Shown here in pieces: positions 18,113 through 28,390 of a stretch of 40,000 bases of DNA. Source of the DNA: Verrucomicrobiota bacterium (lineage in GTDB: Bacteria; Verrucomicrobiota; Verrucomicrobiia; Verrucomicrobiales; Akkermansiaceae). Every line of letters starts with the position of its first letter. Position 1 is the stretch's first letter. The stretch is from positions 1 to 40,000 of the forward strand of contig JAZKIZ010000001.1 in NCBI GenBank assembly GCA_040384605.1. Reading direction: 5' to 3'. The notes beneath the pieces are model-generated. The model was not told the DNA's origin, did no database searches, and saw only the letters and a list, made by a program, of their open reading frames with translations. The position numbers and the translations under genes are program-made.

Positions 18113-18199
18113 CGGCGCGCGGCAACGTGTCGGCACCAAGTCCCGCTGTCAAGAGCGCGACCCGTTTGCGCTGCGGGCACAGGTATGCACTCTTCAAAG

Positions 18200-18332
18200 T
18201 GGCTGCGGCGGCCCGCCACCCTTGCAAGTCATTGCCGCGAGCTTGCGGCAAGGAAACTGCCGTGAGACGCAACAGCCACGGGGATTCCATTGCGGCGAGC
18301 CGCCGCAATCACGGCCTGCCGCGAGCCGCGGC
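18200..18332. repeat. Cluster of GC-rich hairpins in the rpoD-hslO spacer.
   Basis: ttgccgc-gagctt-gcggcaa (about 18232-18251), ttgcggcg-agc-cgccgcaa (about 18290-18308) and tgccgcg-agc-cgcggca (about 18316-18332), plus two weaker stems. None is followed by a T-run. Confidence 0.55.
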
Positions 18333-18347
18333 AGCCACGCAGACCTT

Positions 18348-20396
<2,049 letters not shown>

Positions 20397-20604
20397 GGAA
20401 TTCTGAGCGCTGGGAAAGATGTTCGAGTACAATCCGCCTATCCTAGGGGCACGGCGGAAAAACCGAAGGCGCGCGGAATGAAGAGGGGAACGCGGGGTCC
20501 GTCAAGAATTTTGTCCAAGAGCGGCGGAACAAGGAAAATCAATGATTTGTGGGATGGCTCCTGATCCTGCTGGAAATTCCCGGTGAGACCGGCACGATGG
20601 TTTC

Positions 20605-23055
20605 ATGGCGCGGATATCAATGACGGATTCTGAAAAACTTGGGCAATTTTATCTCGGACGCGAATACGACGCGGAGAAACAGTCCGCCGATGGCCCGCCG
20701 GTTCTGTATGACTCAAGGGATCTCGTTACTCACGGCGTGGTTCTCGGCATGACCGGCTCGGGGAAAACCGGCCTTTGCCTGGCGATCCTCGAGGAGGCCG
20801 TGCTGGACAATATCCCGGTGATCGCGATCGATCCCAAGGGCGATGTTGCCAACCTGATGCTGACGTTTCCCGATTTAGCGGCGTCGGATTTCCGACCGTG
20901 GATCAATGAGGATGATGCGGCACGCAAAGGCATGTCCGCCGATGACTTTGCCGCGAAGACCGCGGAAACCTGGAAAAACGGCCTTGCCGACTGGGATCAA
21001 GACGGCACGCGGATCGCGAAACTCAAGGGCAGCGCGGAGGTGAATATTTTCACCCCGGGCAGCCGGTCGGGGATTCCCGTGTCCATTCTCAGTTCCCTCG
21101 CCGTGCCACCCCGGGAGATTATCGACGATGGCGAACTGTTGGCCGAGCGGGTGGAAAGCACTGTTTCCTCGCTGCTTTCGTTGATCGGCACGGATGCCGA
21201 TCCGGTGCAAAGTTCCGAGGCGATTCTATTAGGCACGATTTTCCAGAAGGAATGGACCGCTGGCCGCGGGCTGACATTGGAAACGCTCGTTCGCCACATT
21301 CAGAAGCCGCCATTCGACAAGGTCGGCATCATGGACCTCGATTCCTTCCTGCCGGAGAAGGCGCGCCAGGCACTCGCATTGAAGTTCAACAACCTCCTCG
21401 CATCGCCGGGTTTCTCGACGTGGCTGGAGGGTCCGCCTCTCGACATCGCATCCATGTTGCATGGTGCGGACGGAAAACCGCGCGTCTCCATTTTCTCGAT
21501 CGCCCATCTCGGCGATGCGGAGCGGATGTTTTTCGTAAGCCTGTTGCTCAACCAGATGCTCGGCTGGATGCGCTCGCAGAAAGGCACCACTTCGTTGCGT
21601 GCCTTGCTCTACATGGATGAAATTTTCGGCTATCTTCCGCCCAGCGCGAATCCACCATCGAAGAAGCCGATGATGACCTTGTTCAAGCAAGCGCGCGGGT
21701 TTGGATTGGGCTGTCTTGTCGCCACCCAGAACCCGGTGGATCTCGATTACAAGGCGCTGTCGAACGCCGGCACATGGTTTCTTGGCCGCTTGCAAACCGA
21801 GCGGGACAAATTGCGCGTGCTCGATGGTCTCGAAGGCGCGGCCGGTTCGCAAAACTCCACCTTCGACCGCAAACAAATGGAGGTGCTGATTTCCGGCCTC
21901 GGCAACCGCGTCTTCCTTATGAACAACGTGCATGATGACGCACCCACGCTTTTCCAAACGCGCTGGGTGATGAGCTACCTCGCCGGTCCGCTGGCGCGCG
22001 GGCAGATCAAGACGTTGATGGACCCGAAACGCGCCGCGTTTTCCGGGACCGAAAAATCATCGGATGAATCTCCGGCAGATGGTGGTATGCCAGGCATGCC
22101 GGGATTCGTGGCGGACGCACCGGCGGCGGAAAATGCGCGTCCTGCGGTCGGTGCGGGCGTGCGGGAAATTTTCGCGCCGCCAGCGGGAAGCGCCGAGGAC
22201 GTCACCTATCAGCCGCATCTTCTACGGGTGGGCACCGTTCATTTTTCGGAAACGAAAGGTGGGATCGAAGGCAGTCGCATCGTGAGATTCGCGAATCCGA
22301 TCTTGCCGGGAAAAATCGATCTTGCGACGGATCTTCCGCCGCCACCGTTGGATTTTGAAAGCAGTGAAACGAAGCCGGTGAAAGGCGCATCATTCGGTGC
22401 GCTGCCGGGCTTTGCGATGAACGCGGCCAATTACAAGGCGGTCGAAAAAACGTTCGCGGAAGAACTCTACCGGACCCAGCGGGCGGAACTGTTTTTCTGC
22501 CCCTTGCTCAAGCAATGGTCGGAGTTCGGCGAGACGGAAGCGGAATTCCGCGCCCGCCTTGCGCTGGAAGCACGCGAAGCGCGCGACGCCGCATTGGACA
22601 AACTCCGCGCCGACGCCGCGAAAAAACTTTCCTCACTGCAAGACAAACTCCGCACGGCACGCGGTCAGCTTGAGAAACAAAAATCCGAATCCAGTTCCGC
22701 GAAGATGCGGGCGGGAGCATCGATCCTCGGCGGTCTTCTGGGTGCGGTGCTCGGCAAGAGATCCGGGCTTGGATCGATCGGCAGAGGAACATCGGCTGCT
22801 GCCAAAGGAATCGACGCATGGAAACAAGGGCAGGACGTCGGACTCGCAGAAGAAAAAATCGAAGCCCTCGACGCGGAAATTGCCGCCCTGGACGAACAAC
22901 TCGAAGCCGCCGCCGCGGACCTCGCCGCAAGTTACGAACCCGCCGCGCTTGGCATTGAAAAGGAAACGATCAAACCGACACGGGCAAACGTCAAAGTCGA
23001 TCGGATTGCGTTGCTTTGGCTGCCGTTCGATGGAAACGGACAAAGGGCGTGGTGA
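20605..23055 (+). CDS. Large HerA/FtsK-superfamily (DUF87/YjgR-like) P-loop ATPase with a C-terminal coiled coil.
   Basis: Walker A GMTGSGKTG (about 20746-20772), Walker B-like ALLYMDEIFGY, and LVATQNP. The C-terminal 200 aa are heptad-rich (LDKLRADAAKKLSSLQDKLRTARGQLEKQ). Confidence 0.7.
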   Translation: MARISMTDSEKLGQFYLGREYDAEKQSADGPPVLYDSRDLVTHGVVLGMTGSGKTGLCLAILEEAVLDNIPVIAIDPKGDVANLMLTFPDLAASDFRPWINEDDAARKGMSADDFAAKTAETWKNGLADWDQDGTRIAKLKGSAEVNIFTPGSRSGIPVSILSSLAVPPREIIDDGELLAERVESTVSSLLSLIGTDADPVQSSEAILLGTIFQKEWTAGRGLTLETLVRHIQKPPFDKVGIMDLDSFLPEKARQALALKFNNLLASPGFSTWLEGPPLDIASMLHGADGKPRVSIFSIAHLGDAERMFFVSLLLNQMLGWMRSQKGTTSLRALLYMDEIFGYLPPSANPPSKKPMMTLFKQARGFGLGCLVATQNPVDLDYKALSNAGTWFLGRLQTERDKLRVLDGLEGAAGSQNSTFDRKQMEVLISGLGNRVFLMNNVHDDAPTLFQTRWVMSYLAGPLARGQIKTLMDPKRAAFSGTEKSSDESPADGGMPGMPGFVADAPAAENARPAVGAGVREIFAPPAGSAEDVTYQPHLLRVGTVHFSETKGGIEGSRIVRFANPILPGKIDLATDLPPPPLDFESSETKPVKGASFGALPGFAMNAANYKAVEKTFAEELYRTQRAELFFCPLLKQWSEFGETEAEFRARLALEAREARDAALDKLRADAAKKLSSLQDKLRTARGQLEKQKSESSSAKMRAGASILGGLLGAVLGKRSGLGSIGRGTSAAAKGIDAWKQGQDVGLAEEKIEALDAEIAALDEQLEAAAADLAASYEPAALGIEKETIKPTRANVKVDRIALLWLPFDGNGQRAW

Positions 23056-23070
23056 TGACACCCGGTTGCA

Positions 23071-24600
23071 TCAACGTTTTTTCCGAAGGAACGGCGGCAA
23101 ATCCAGATCCTCGCCTTCAAAGACGTTCGGGCCTTCTCCCTCAAAGCGGCCGCGCGGCGGCGAGTCGAGTGACAGCTCGCTGTCCGGTGAATGGGATTTC
23201 ACGCCGAGCTTCAACTTCTTGGCAGGCGTTGCATTTTCTTCCGCTTGTGCCGTGGAAAATTCTTCGTCCACAGGGCGGAACTGCGGCGAAAAATTTTGCG
23301 TTTCATGGCCTTCCGCCGGTTCGGGAGCAATGGGTGCTGGCTTCCCGGGAGGTTCGGCAAATGGCCGCTCGGCTTCAAACAACGGAAAGTCCGGCGGCTC
23401 CGGTTGCAGTTCTGCAGGGGATGAGCACGTGAAGCTGGCGACGACGGCGGGCGGATGGGGAGTTTCCGGCTCGACGTATTCGGGAGTTCTTTCCGGTTTC
23501 GGCAACGTGGCTTCCGGCTCTACGGGAAATGTGTCGGCAGGTTCCGACGCGGGAGTGGTGAAACCCTGCGATGGTTCGAGCAAAGACGGCACCGTGTGGC
23601 TGATCCCGGCGCGCGGCGCACCGGTCAACGCATCTTCCGGCAGGGCGCTGATGAGCGTGAGCGAAAGGGAATCGCCCATGGATGGATCGACCGCCGCGCC
23701 GAAAAGTATGTGTGCGCTGTCCGGCACATGTTTCTGGAGCTGCTGCATCAGCAGTTCGATTTCATAAAGTGTGAGGTCTTCGCCGCCGGCGAGATGGACG
23801 AGAACGGTGCGGGCCTCGTTGAGCAGCGAGCCTTGATCGAGCAGGGGGCTGGCAAGCGCGTTGCGCAAGGCCTTGGCCGCGCGGTCCTTGCCCGAAGCGA
23901 TCCCGGAGCCAAACAAACAGCGTGATCGGTTGGTCCGCAATGCGCTCATCAGGTCGTCGAGGCCGACGTTGATCAACCCGGGTCGCACAACCAAACGGAT
24001 CACGGCTTTGATCGATTCGCAGATCATTGAGTCCGCGGCGGTGAATGCTTCGTGTACTCCTTGTTTCGCCAAAACCAGTTCGCCCATCCGATTGTTGTCG
24101 AAGGTGACGAGCGCATTGGAAAGAACGGCGAGTTCGTTGAGCGCGGTTTCCGCCTGCTCGCGGCGACGCCTGCCTTCGAAGGCGAAGGGCATGGTCGCAA
24201 ACACCACCACAAACGCGCCCTCCTCGCGGGCAATCCGCGTGACAATCGGCGCGGCTCCGGAGCCGGTTCCACCGCCAAGGCCAGTGCAGATGAAAATAAT
24301 GCGCCTGCCTTTCACCGCTTCCCGGATCGCATCCTCGGCTTCGAGCACGGCCTTGTGACCGAGGTCGGGATCGCCGCCGGTGCCGAGGCCCTTGGTAAGG
24401 TTTGCGCCAAGCTGGATTCTGCTGCGGGTGACGCTGGAATCGAGCGTGCGGACGTCGGTGTTGAGAGCCAGCAGCTCCGCGCCTTCGATGCCGTCGAAGG
24501 TGATGCGTTCGAGCATGTTCGAACCGGCGCCGCCGAGACCAATGATTTTGACGGAAGATGGATTCAACGGCTCGCTGGCGGTGGTGGAATAAGTGATCAT
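23071..24600 (-). CDS. ftsZ: Cell division protein FtsZ with a long Pro/Glu-rich linker.
   Basis: KIIGLGGAGSNM, the tubulin signature GLGGGTGSGAAP, and the C-terminal peptide DLDLPPFLRKKR. Start at MITYST (cat at 24598-24600). Confidence 0.93.
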   Translation of the reverse strand: MITYSTTASEPLNPSSVKIIGLGGAGSNMLERITFDGIEGAELLALNTDVRTLDSSVTRSRIQLGANLTKGLGTGGDPDLGHKAVLEAEDAIREAVKGRRIIFICTGLGGGTGSGAAPIVTRIAREEGAFVVVFATMPFAFEGRRRREQAETALNELAVLSNALVTFDNNRMGELVLAKQGVHEAFTAADSMICESIKAVIRLVVRPGLINVGLDDLMSALRTNRSRCLFGSGIASGKDRAAKALRNALASPLLDQGSLLNEARTVLVHLAGGEDLTLYEIELLMQQLQKHVPDSAHILFGAAVDPSMGDSLSLTLISALPEDALTGAPRAGISHTVPSLLEPSQGFTTPASEPADTFPVEPEATLPKPERTPEYVEPETPHPPAVVASFTCSSPAELQPEPPDFPLFEAERPFAEPPGKPAPIAPEPAEGHETQNFSPQFRPVDEEFSTAQAEENATPAKKLKLGVKSHSPDSELSLDSPPRGRFEGEGPNVFEGEDLDLPPFLRKKR

Positions 24601-24616
24601 GGAATGGGGAAGAAGA

Positions 24617-24661
24617 TGAACATCGAACGTCGGACATTGAACATCGAATGTTCGACGTTCG
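24617..24661. repeat. Left inverted-repeat arm flanking the four-helix-bundle gene. It is also self-complementary.
   Basis: tgaacatcgaacgtcggacattgaacatcgaatgttcgacgttcg contains cgaacgtcg...cgacgttcg. It matches the reverse complement of 25038-25076 across the segments gaacatcgaacg and aacatcgaat. Confidence 0.7.
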
Positions 24662-24665
24662 TTAT

Positions 24666-25037
24666 CTATTTGCGGCGTTTTTCCGCGGTTGAAATGCTGG
24701 TGACGAAGATGCGGATCAGTTGGTCGGTTTCGTCGAGAATGGAACTGAGTTTCTGGTCGGGAAGAATGGCGGAGCGGACGATAAGTTTCAACCATCGCTC
24801 GGATTCGCGCAGTTCTTTGAGAGCCAAGCGCATTTTATGAATGAAGTCCGCGGGAGACTCGGCCGCCTGAGCTTCCCCGTGATGGGATAGAGGTGCGGTC
24901 CCTGAACGGAGGAGTTGGTTGCCAATGTGACGCGATGCGTAGTCGATGCCGAGTGAGCGGGTTAACGCGATGATTCGCGCTCCGTAGGCGAGCAAACGCT
25001 CCTCCAAATCATAAGCCGCTTTCGATTCTTGATTCAC
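24666..25037 (-). CDS. Four-helix-bundle protein (23S rRNA intervening-sequence protein / Avd-like family).
   Basis: YDLEERLLAYGARIIALTRSL...HIGNQLLRSGTAP...EAQAAESPADFIHKMRLALKELRESERWLKLI is the family signature. GTG start at 25035-25037. Confidence 0.85.
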   Translation of the reverse strand: MNQESKAAYDLEERLLAYGARIIALTRSLGIDYASRHIGNQLLRSGTAPLSHHGEAQAAESPADFIHKMRLALKELRESERWLKLIVRSAILPDQKLSSILDETDQLIRIFVTSISTAEKRRK

Positions 25038-25076
25038 TTCGATATTCGATGTTGGGCGTTCGATGTTCGACGTCCG
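25038..25076. repeat. Right inverted-repeat arm flanking the four-helix-bundle gene.
   Basis: ttcgatattcgatgttgggcgttcgatgttcgacgtccg. Its reverse complement, cggacgtcgaacatcgaacgcccaacatcgaatatcgaa, aligns with the left arm. Confidence 0.7.
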
Positions 25077-26291
25077 TCACTTTCCGAACGGCCAGAAGAG
25101 CGAAAGCAGTTTCCGAATGCAGCCGGAAGGTGCGGCCCGCTCCGACTCGACGAGCTGCGCGTAGCGGATCAGGCCGATCGCGGTCGCGAAGCGCGGATCG
25201 CGGAAGGTCGCTTGTTCACCGGCGAGTTCGGATGCTTCCGGCCGATAAATGTCGCGACCGAAAACCTGGAATGCGAGTTCGGAAATTCCCTTCATCAGGC
25301 TGGTGCCGCCGGTGAGATAAACTCCCGCGCCAATCTGCGCAACCGCGCCTTTCGGCAAGCGACCAAGGACCAGCCGAAAGGTTTCATCCAACCGCTGGTT
25401 GATGATTTCATTGAGCGTGGAGCGGGAAATTTCCACCTCGGCGAACCCACGCTCGTCGATGAGCCGCGCGGTGCCGACGGATTTCGCCGGGTCGCCGGAG
25501 GCGTCGCCCTCGCGGATCTTGAGCAGCTCGGCTTGGGAGAACTGGAGGCCGGTGACGAGGTGAATGTCATTGGTGATGTGATCGCCGCCCACGGGAATGC
25601 AACCGGTGGCAGTGATGATGCCGTCGAGATAAAGCGCGTAATCCGTGGTGCCGCCACCGATGTCGATGACCAGAGCGCCGCGCTGGCGTTGCTCGCGATC
25701 CAGCGCCATCTGCGCGGTGGCGATCGGCGAAAAAACGACATCGTCCATTTCCAGCGGAATTTCGCGGACCAGTTTGATGCTATTCTGGATGCGCGTGCCG
25801 ATGCCATGCACGACGTGGAATCGTGCTTCGACCGTTTTCCCGTACAGTCCGGCTGGCGAGGCGGTGTAGTCCATTCCATCAAGACAGTAGTTGCGGATGA
25901 TCGGGTGCAGGTAAACGTGATCGGCGGGGATGGGTACTTCGCGCGCGATCGTCATTGCTTCCTCAATGTGCTCGGGGCGCACGACGGGTTCGCCGTCCGG
26001 CAGGCGGAAGGTTCCGGCGTGATTCACTCCCTGGATGTGCGCCCCGGTGATGGCGAGAAACACGGAACCGATCTCGACATCGCTTGCGTCCTCGGCCTTG
26101 GCGAGCGCGTCCTTCAGGCAGGCGCGGGCAAGGGCGAAATCCATGATTTCACCACGGCGCACGCCGGCGCTTTTTGTTTCGCCAATGCCGAGAATCTTGA
26201 CGGCGCTATCCGCCCTGACCTCGCCCACGACCAGGCAGGTTTTGCTGGTTCCGATTTCGAGGCCGACGTGGATCTTGGTGCGGCGGGACAT
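25077..26291 (-). CDS. ftsA: Cell division protein FtsA.
   Basis: Actin-fold motifs: HVGLEIGTSKTCLVVGE, ALVIDIGGGTTDYALY, VYLTGGTSLMKGI. Confidence 0.92.
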   Translation of the reverse strand: MSRRTKIHVGLEIGTSKTCLVVGEVRADSAVKILGIGETKSAGVRRGEIMDFALARACLKDALAKAEDASDVEIGSVFLAITGAHIQGVNHAGTFRLPDGEPVVRPEHIEEAMTIAREVPIPADHVYLHPIIRNYCLDGMDYTASPAGLYGKTVEARFHVVHGIGTRIQNSIKLVREIPLEMDDVVFSPIATAQMALDREQRQRGALVIDIGGGTTDYALYLDGIITATGCIPVGGDHITNDIHLVTGLQFSQAELLKIREGDASGDPAKSVGTARLIDERGFAEVEISRSTLNEIINQRLDETFRLVLGRLPKGAVAQIGAGVYLTGGTSLMKGISELAFQVFGRDIYRPEASELAGEQATFRDPRFATAIGLIRYAQLVESERAAPSGCIRKLLSLFWPFGK

Positions 26292-26309
26292 GGGAGAAAT
26301 GAAGGGAAA

Positions 26310-27266
26310 TCAGTTGCGGTTGAGAAGACTGCGGACGTCCTGATCGAAGCGGGAATCCATCGCTTCCGCGGGCGCGACGATGGAGACGGGTTCGGGCGCG
26401 TCCCCGCGCAAGGTATACGGAACGTTGTGTTTGGGAATGAGATTGATGGTCGCAATAACCAGGCCTTTTGCGGCGGCGTGATCACGCGCCGAGCGGAAAC
26501 GGGCGATCTGGGCGTCGTGATCACCGAAGCTGAACGTGGCGGCCGTGCCATCGCGGGTCAGCAACTCCAGCGACCATTCGTTCGCCTGGCGAATCGAATC
26601 GATTTGTGTCGCCGCAACCGGATCGGCGCGGACGGCCGAATCGAGCAAACGAAAGCAACGTTCGATTTCCGCGCCGGTCACAACTTGCCCGGTGGCGCGG
26701 GGTTTCTCGGGTTTCGCGGCAAGCCGCACCACGGGCAGATCCATCGTGGTCCCCAGCATGGTTTCCGAAACGGGAAAGGGGACGCCAGCGGCATCAATCA
26801 CGAAACCACCGGTTTCGCGGATGGTTTCGAAGCCAGCGGCCGGCCAGTGCAACCATGCCTTCGGCATCCGTGGCACGATGCGAACGACGAGTGTGCCGGG
26901 AAGATCACGCGTCACCTCGGCGGACTGCACGCCGGGGAGTTTTTCGAGCGTTTCTTCGGCGCGACGGACGTTGATCTCGAAAATGGTGGGGCGGTCGGCA
27001 AGATTGATGCCTGTCATCTTCGCAAAGCCGATCGCGTCCACCACCGGATTTTCGTTGAGGTCGATCATCACGAGTTCGAAGTCCGGGTTCTTGTAAAGTG
27101 CCTGGCGGATGCCGAGAAGCACGCCCCAGCCGAGCGCCACCGCCAGGGCCGCGAGCACCGCGAGTTTCGAGAGCCGCAGCATCCCGCGCAGAAATCCAAT
27201 CCAGAGAATGCGCGGCGAAGTGACGCGGAGGTGGAGCGTCTTGGAGCGGTTCGGCTTGCGTTGCAT
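26310..27266 (-). CDS. ftsQ: Cell division protein FtsQ (POTRA domain).
   Basis: Single TM helix (LAVLAALAVALGWGVLLGI) followed by a POTRA-like FEINVRRAEETLEKLPGVQSAEVTRDLPGTLVVRIVPR. It sits between ddl and ftsA. Start chosen at MQRKPN. Confidence 0.75.
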   Translation of the reverse strand: MQRKPNRSKTLHLRVTSPRILWIGFLRGMLRLSKLAVLAALAVALGWGVLLGIRQALYKNPDFELVMIDLNENPVVDAIGFAKMTGINLADRPTIFEINVRRAEETLEKLPGVQSAEVTRDLPGTLVVRIVPRMPKAWLHWPAAGFETIRETGGFVIDAAGVPFPVSETMLGTTMDLPVVRLAAKPEKPRATGQVVTGAEIERCFRLLDSAVRADPVAATQIDSIRQANEWSLELLTRDGTAATFSFGDHDAQIARFRSARDHAAAKGLVIATINLIPKHNVPYTLRGDAPEPVSIVAPAEAMDSRFDQDVRSLLNRN

Positions 27267-27280
27267 GGGAGGGCGGAGGT

Positions 27281-28204
27281 TCAGGGTTTGCGCAAAGCGA
27301 GGGAAAGTTCGGCGATTCTCCGGCAAAGCTCGGGGAAGGAAATGCCGGCGGCGGCTGCGGATTTCGGCAGCAGGCTGGTTTCCGTCATGCCGGGAATCGT
27401 GTTTGCCTCAAGGACAAACGGACGGTTCTGTGAATCAAGCAGGACATCGACGCGCGAGTAGATTTCAATGCCGAGCGCACGATGGGCAGCCAGCGCGGCA
27501 TCTTGTACGGCGCGCGTCGTAGCTTCATCAAGGTCCGCCGGGCAAATGTACTGGCTGCCGGCGGAGCCGGAAAGGAAAGGGTATTTGCTGGAGAAATCGT
27601 ATTCACCTTCCGGCGGAATTATGTGGATAACCGGATACGCGACGTCGTCGATGATCGGCACGGTGAGTTCCCAGCCATCGATGAATTCCTCGACCAGGAT
27701 ATCGTTGCCATATCGCGCGGCGTCTTCCATCGCCGCCATCGCATCGTCGGGGTTTTTGACGACGTGGACGCCGACGCTCGAACCCTCGCGCGGGGGTTTG
27801 ACGACAAACGGTGCGGAAAAGGACGGCAGTTTCACGCCGTTGGAAACATCGACGATTTCCGATCGCGGCGTAGGGACTCCGGCAGCGAGGAAAGCTCTCT
27901 TCGCGATGTTTTTGTCGAAGGCGCGGCGGCTGGATTCCATGCCCGCGCCGGTGTAGGGAACGCCGAGATTTTCGAGGATTTGCTGGAGTTTGCCATCCTC
28001 GCCGAAGGTGCCGTGAATGATGTTGAAGGCGAGGCCGGTGTTCTCTGGAAGATTGATTTCCTCGGCCGTCAGATCGACCGCCACCGCGTCAAGGCCAGTG
28101 CTTTGCAGCGCCTTGACCACGGCCTTGCCGGAAGCGAGGGAAACCTCACGCTCGGAGCCGGGTCCGCCCATCAGAACGGCGATTCTTAGGTTTGAGAGAG
28201 ACAT
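27281..28204 (-). CDS. ddl: D-alanine--D-alanine ligase.
   Basis: RIAVLMGGPGSEREVSLASG, FNIIHGTFGEDGKLQ, and ATP-grasp motifs up to EANTIPGMTETSL. Start at MSLSNL (cat at 28202-28204). Confidence 0.92.
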   Translation of the reverse strand: MSLSNLRIAVLMGGPGSEREVSLASGKAVVKALQSTGLDAVAVDLTAEEINLPENTGLAFNIIHGTFGEDGKLQQILENLGVPYTGAGMESSRRAFDKNIAKRAFLAAGVPTPRSEIVDVSNGVKLPSFSAPFVVKPPREGSSVGVHVVKNPDDAMAAMEDAARYGNDILVEEFIDGWELTVPIIDDVAYPVIHIIPPEGEYDFSSKYPFLSGSAGSQYICPADLDEATTRAVQDAALAAHRALGIEIYSRVDVLLDSQNRPFVLEANTIPGMTETSLLPKSAAAAGISFPELCRRIAELSLALRKP

Positions 28205-28278
28205 GGATAAGAGATTTGAAACGCCAAGACGCGGAGACGCAAAGGAAGAGAGATTAAGGTGGTTTGGAGATTTCAGAA

Positions 28279-28364
28279 GGTTTGTGAAACTGTGGCGCGG
28301 GCGTCCCGCCCGACGCCGGGATGAGAGAGGCATGCGGGCGGGACGCCCGCGCCACGGTTTGTGA
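28279..28364. repeat. Perfect 21-bp inverted repeat flanked by 9-bp direct repeats (REP/MITE-like palindromic element).
   Basis: gtggcgcgggcgtcccgcccg at 28292-28312 and cgggcgggacgcccgcgccac at 28335-28355, separated by a 22-nt loop. ggtttgtga occurs at 28279-28287 and again at 28356-28364. Confidence 0.8.
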
Positions 28365-28390
28365 TTTCATGCTTCGGGCTTCATGCTTTT

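Noticed and set aside
24666-25037. Possible diversity-generating retroelement, because Avd accessory proteins belong to the same four-helix-bundle family.
   Set aside because: There is no reverse transcriptase ORF and no template/variable repeat pair with adenine-specific differences anywhere in the window.
25029-27461. 810-aa plus-strand ORF spanning the ftsA/ftsQ region. Similar long ORFs occur at 28361..30850 (+), 36713..38050 (-), 8866..9927 (-), 18051..19148 (+), 300..1046 (-) and 36346..37215 (+).
   Set aside because: These are antisense shadow ORFs, typical of high-GC DNA. Their translations are Arg/Gly/Ala/His-rich with no recognisable motifs. The opposite strand encodes unmistakable conserved proteins (FtsA/FtsQ, MurC-MurB, M16/ArgB, GH35, RpoD, RHS).
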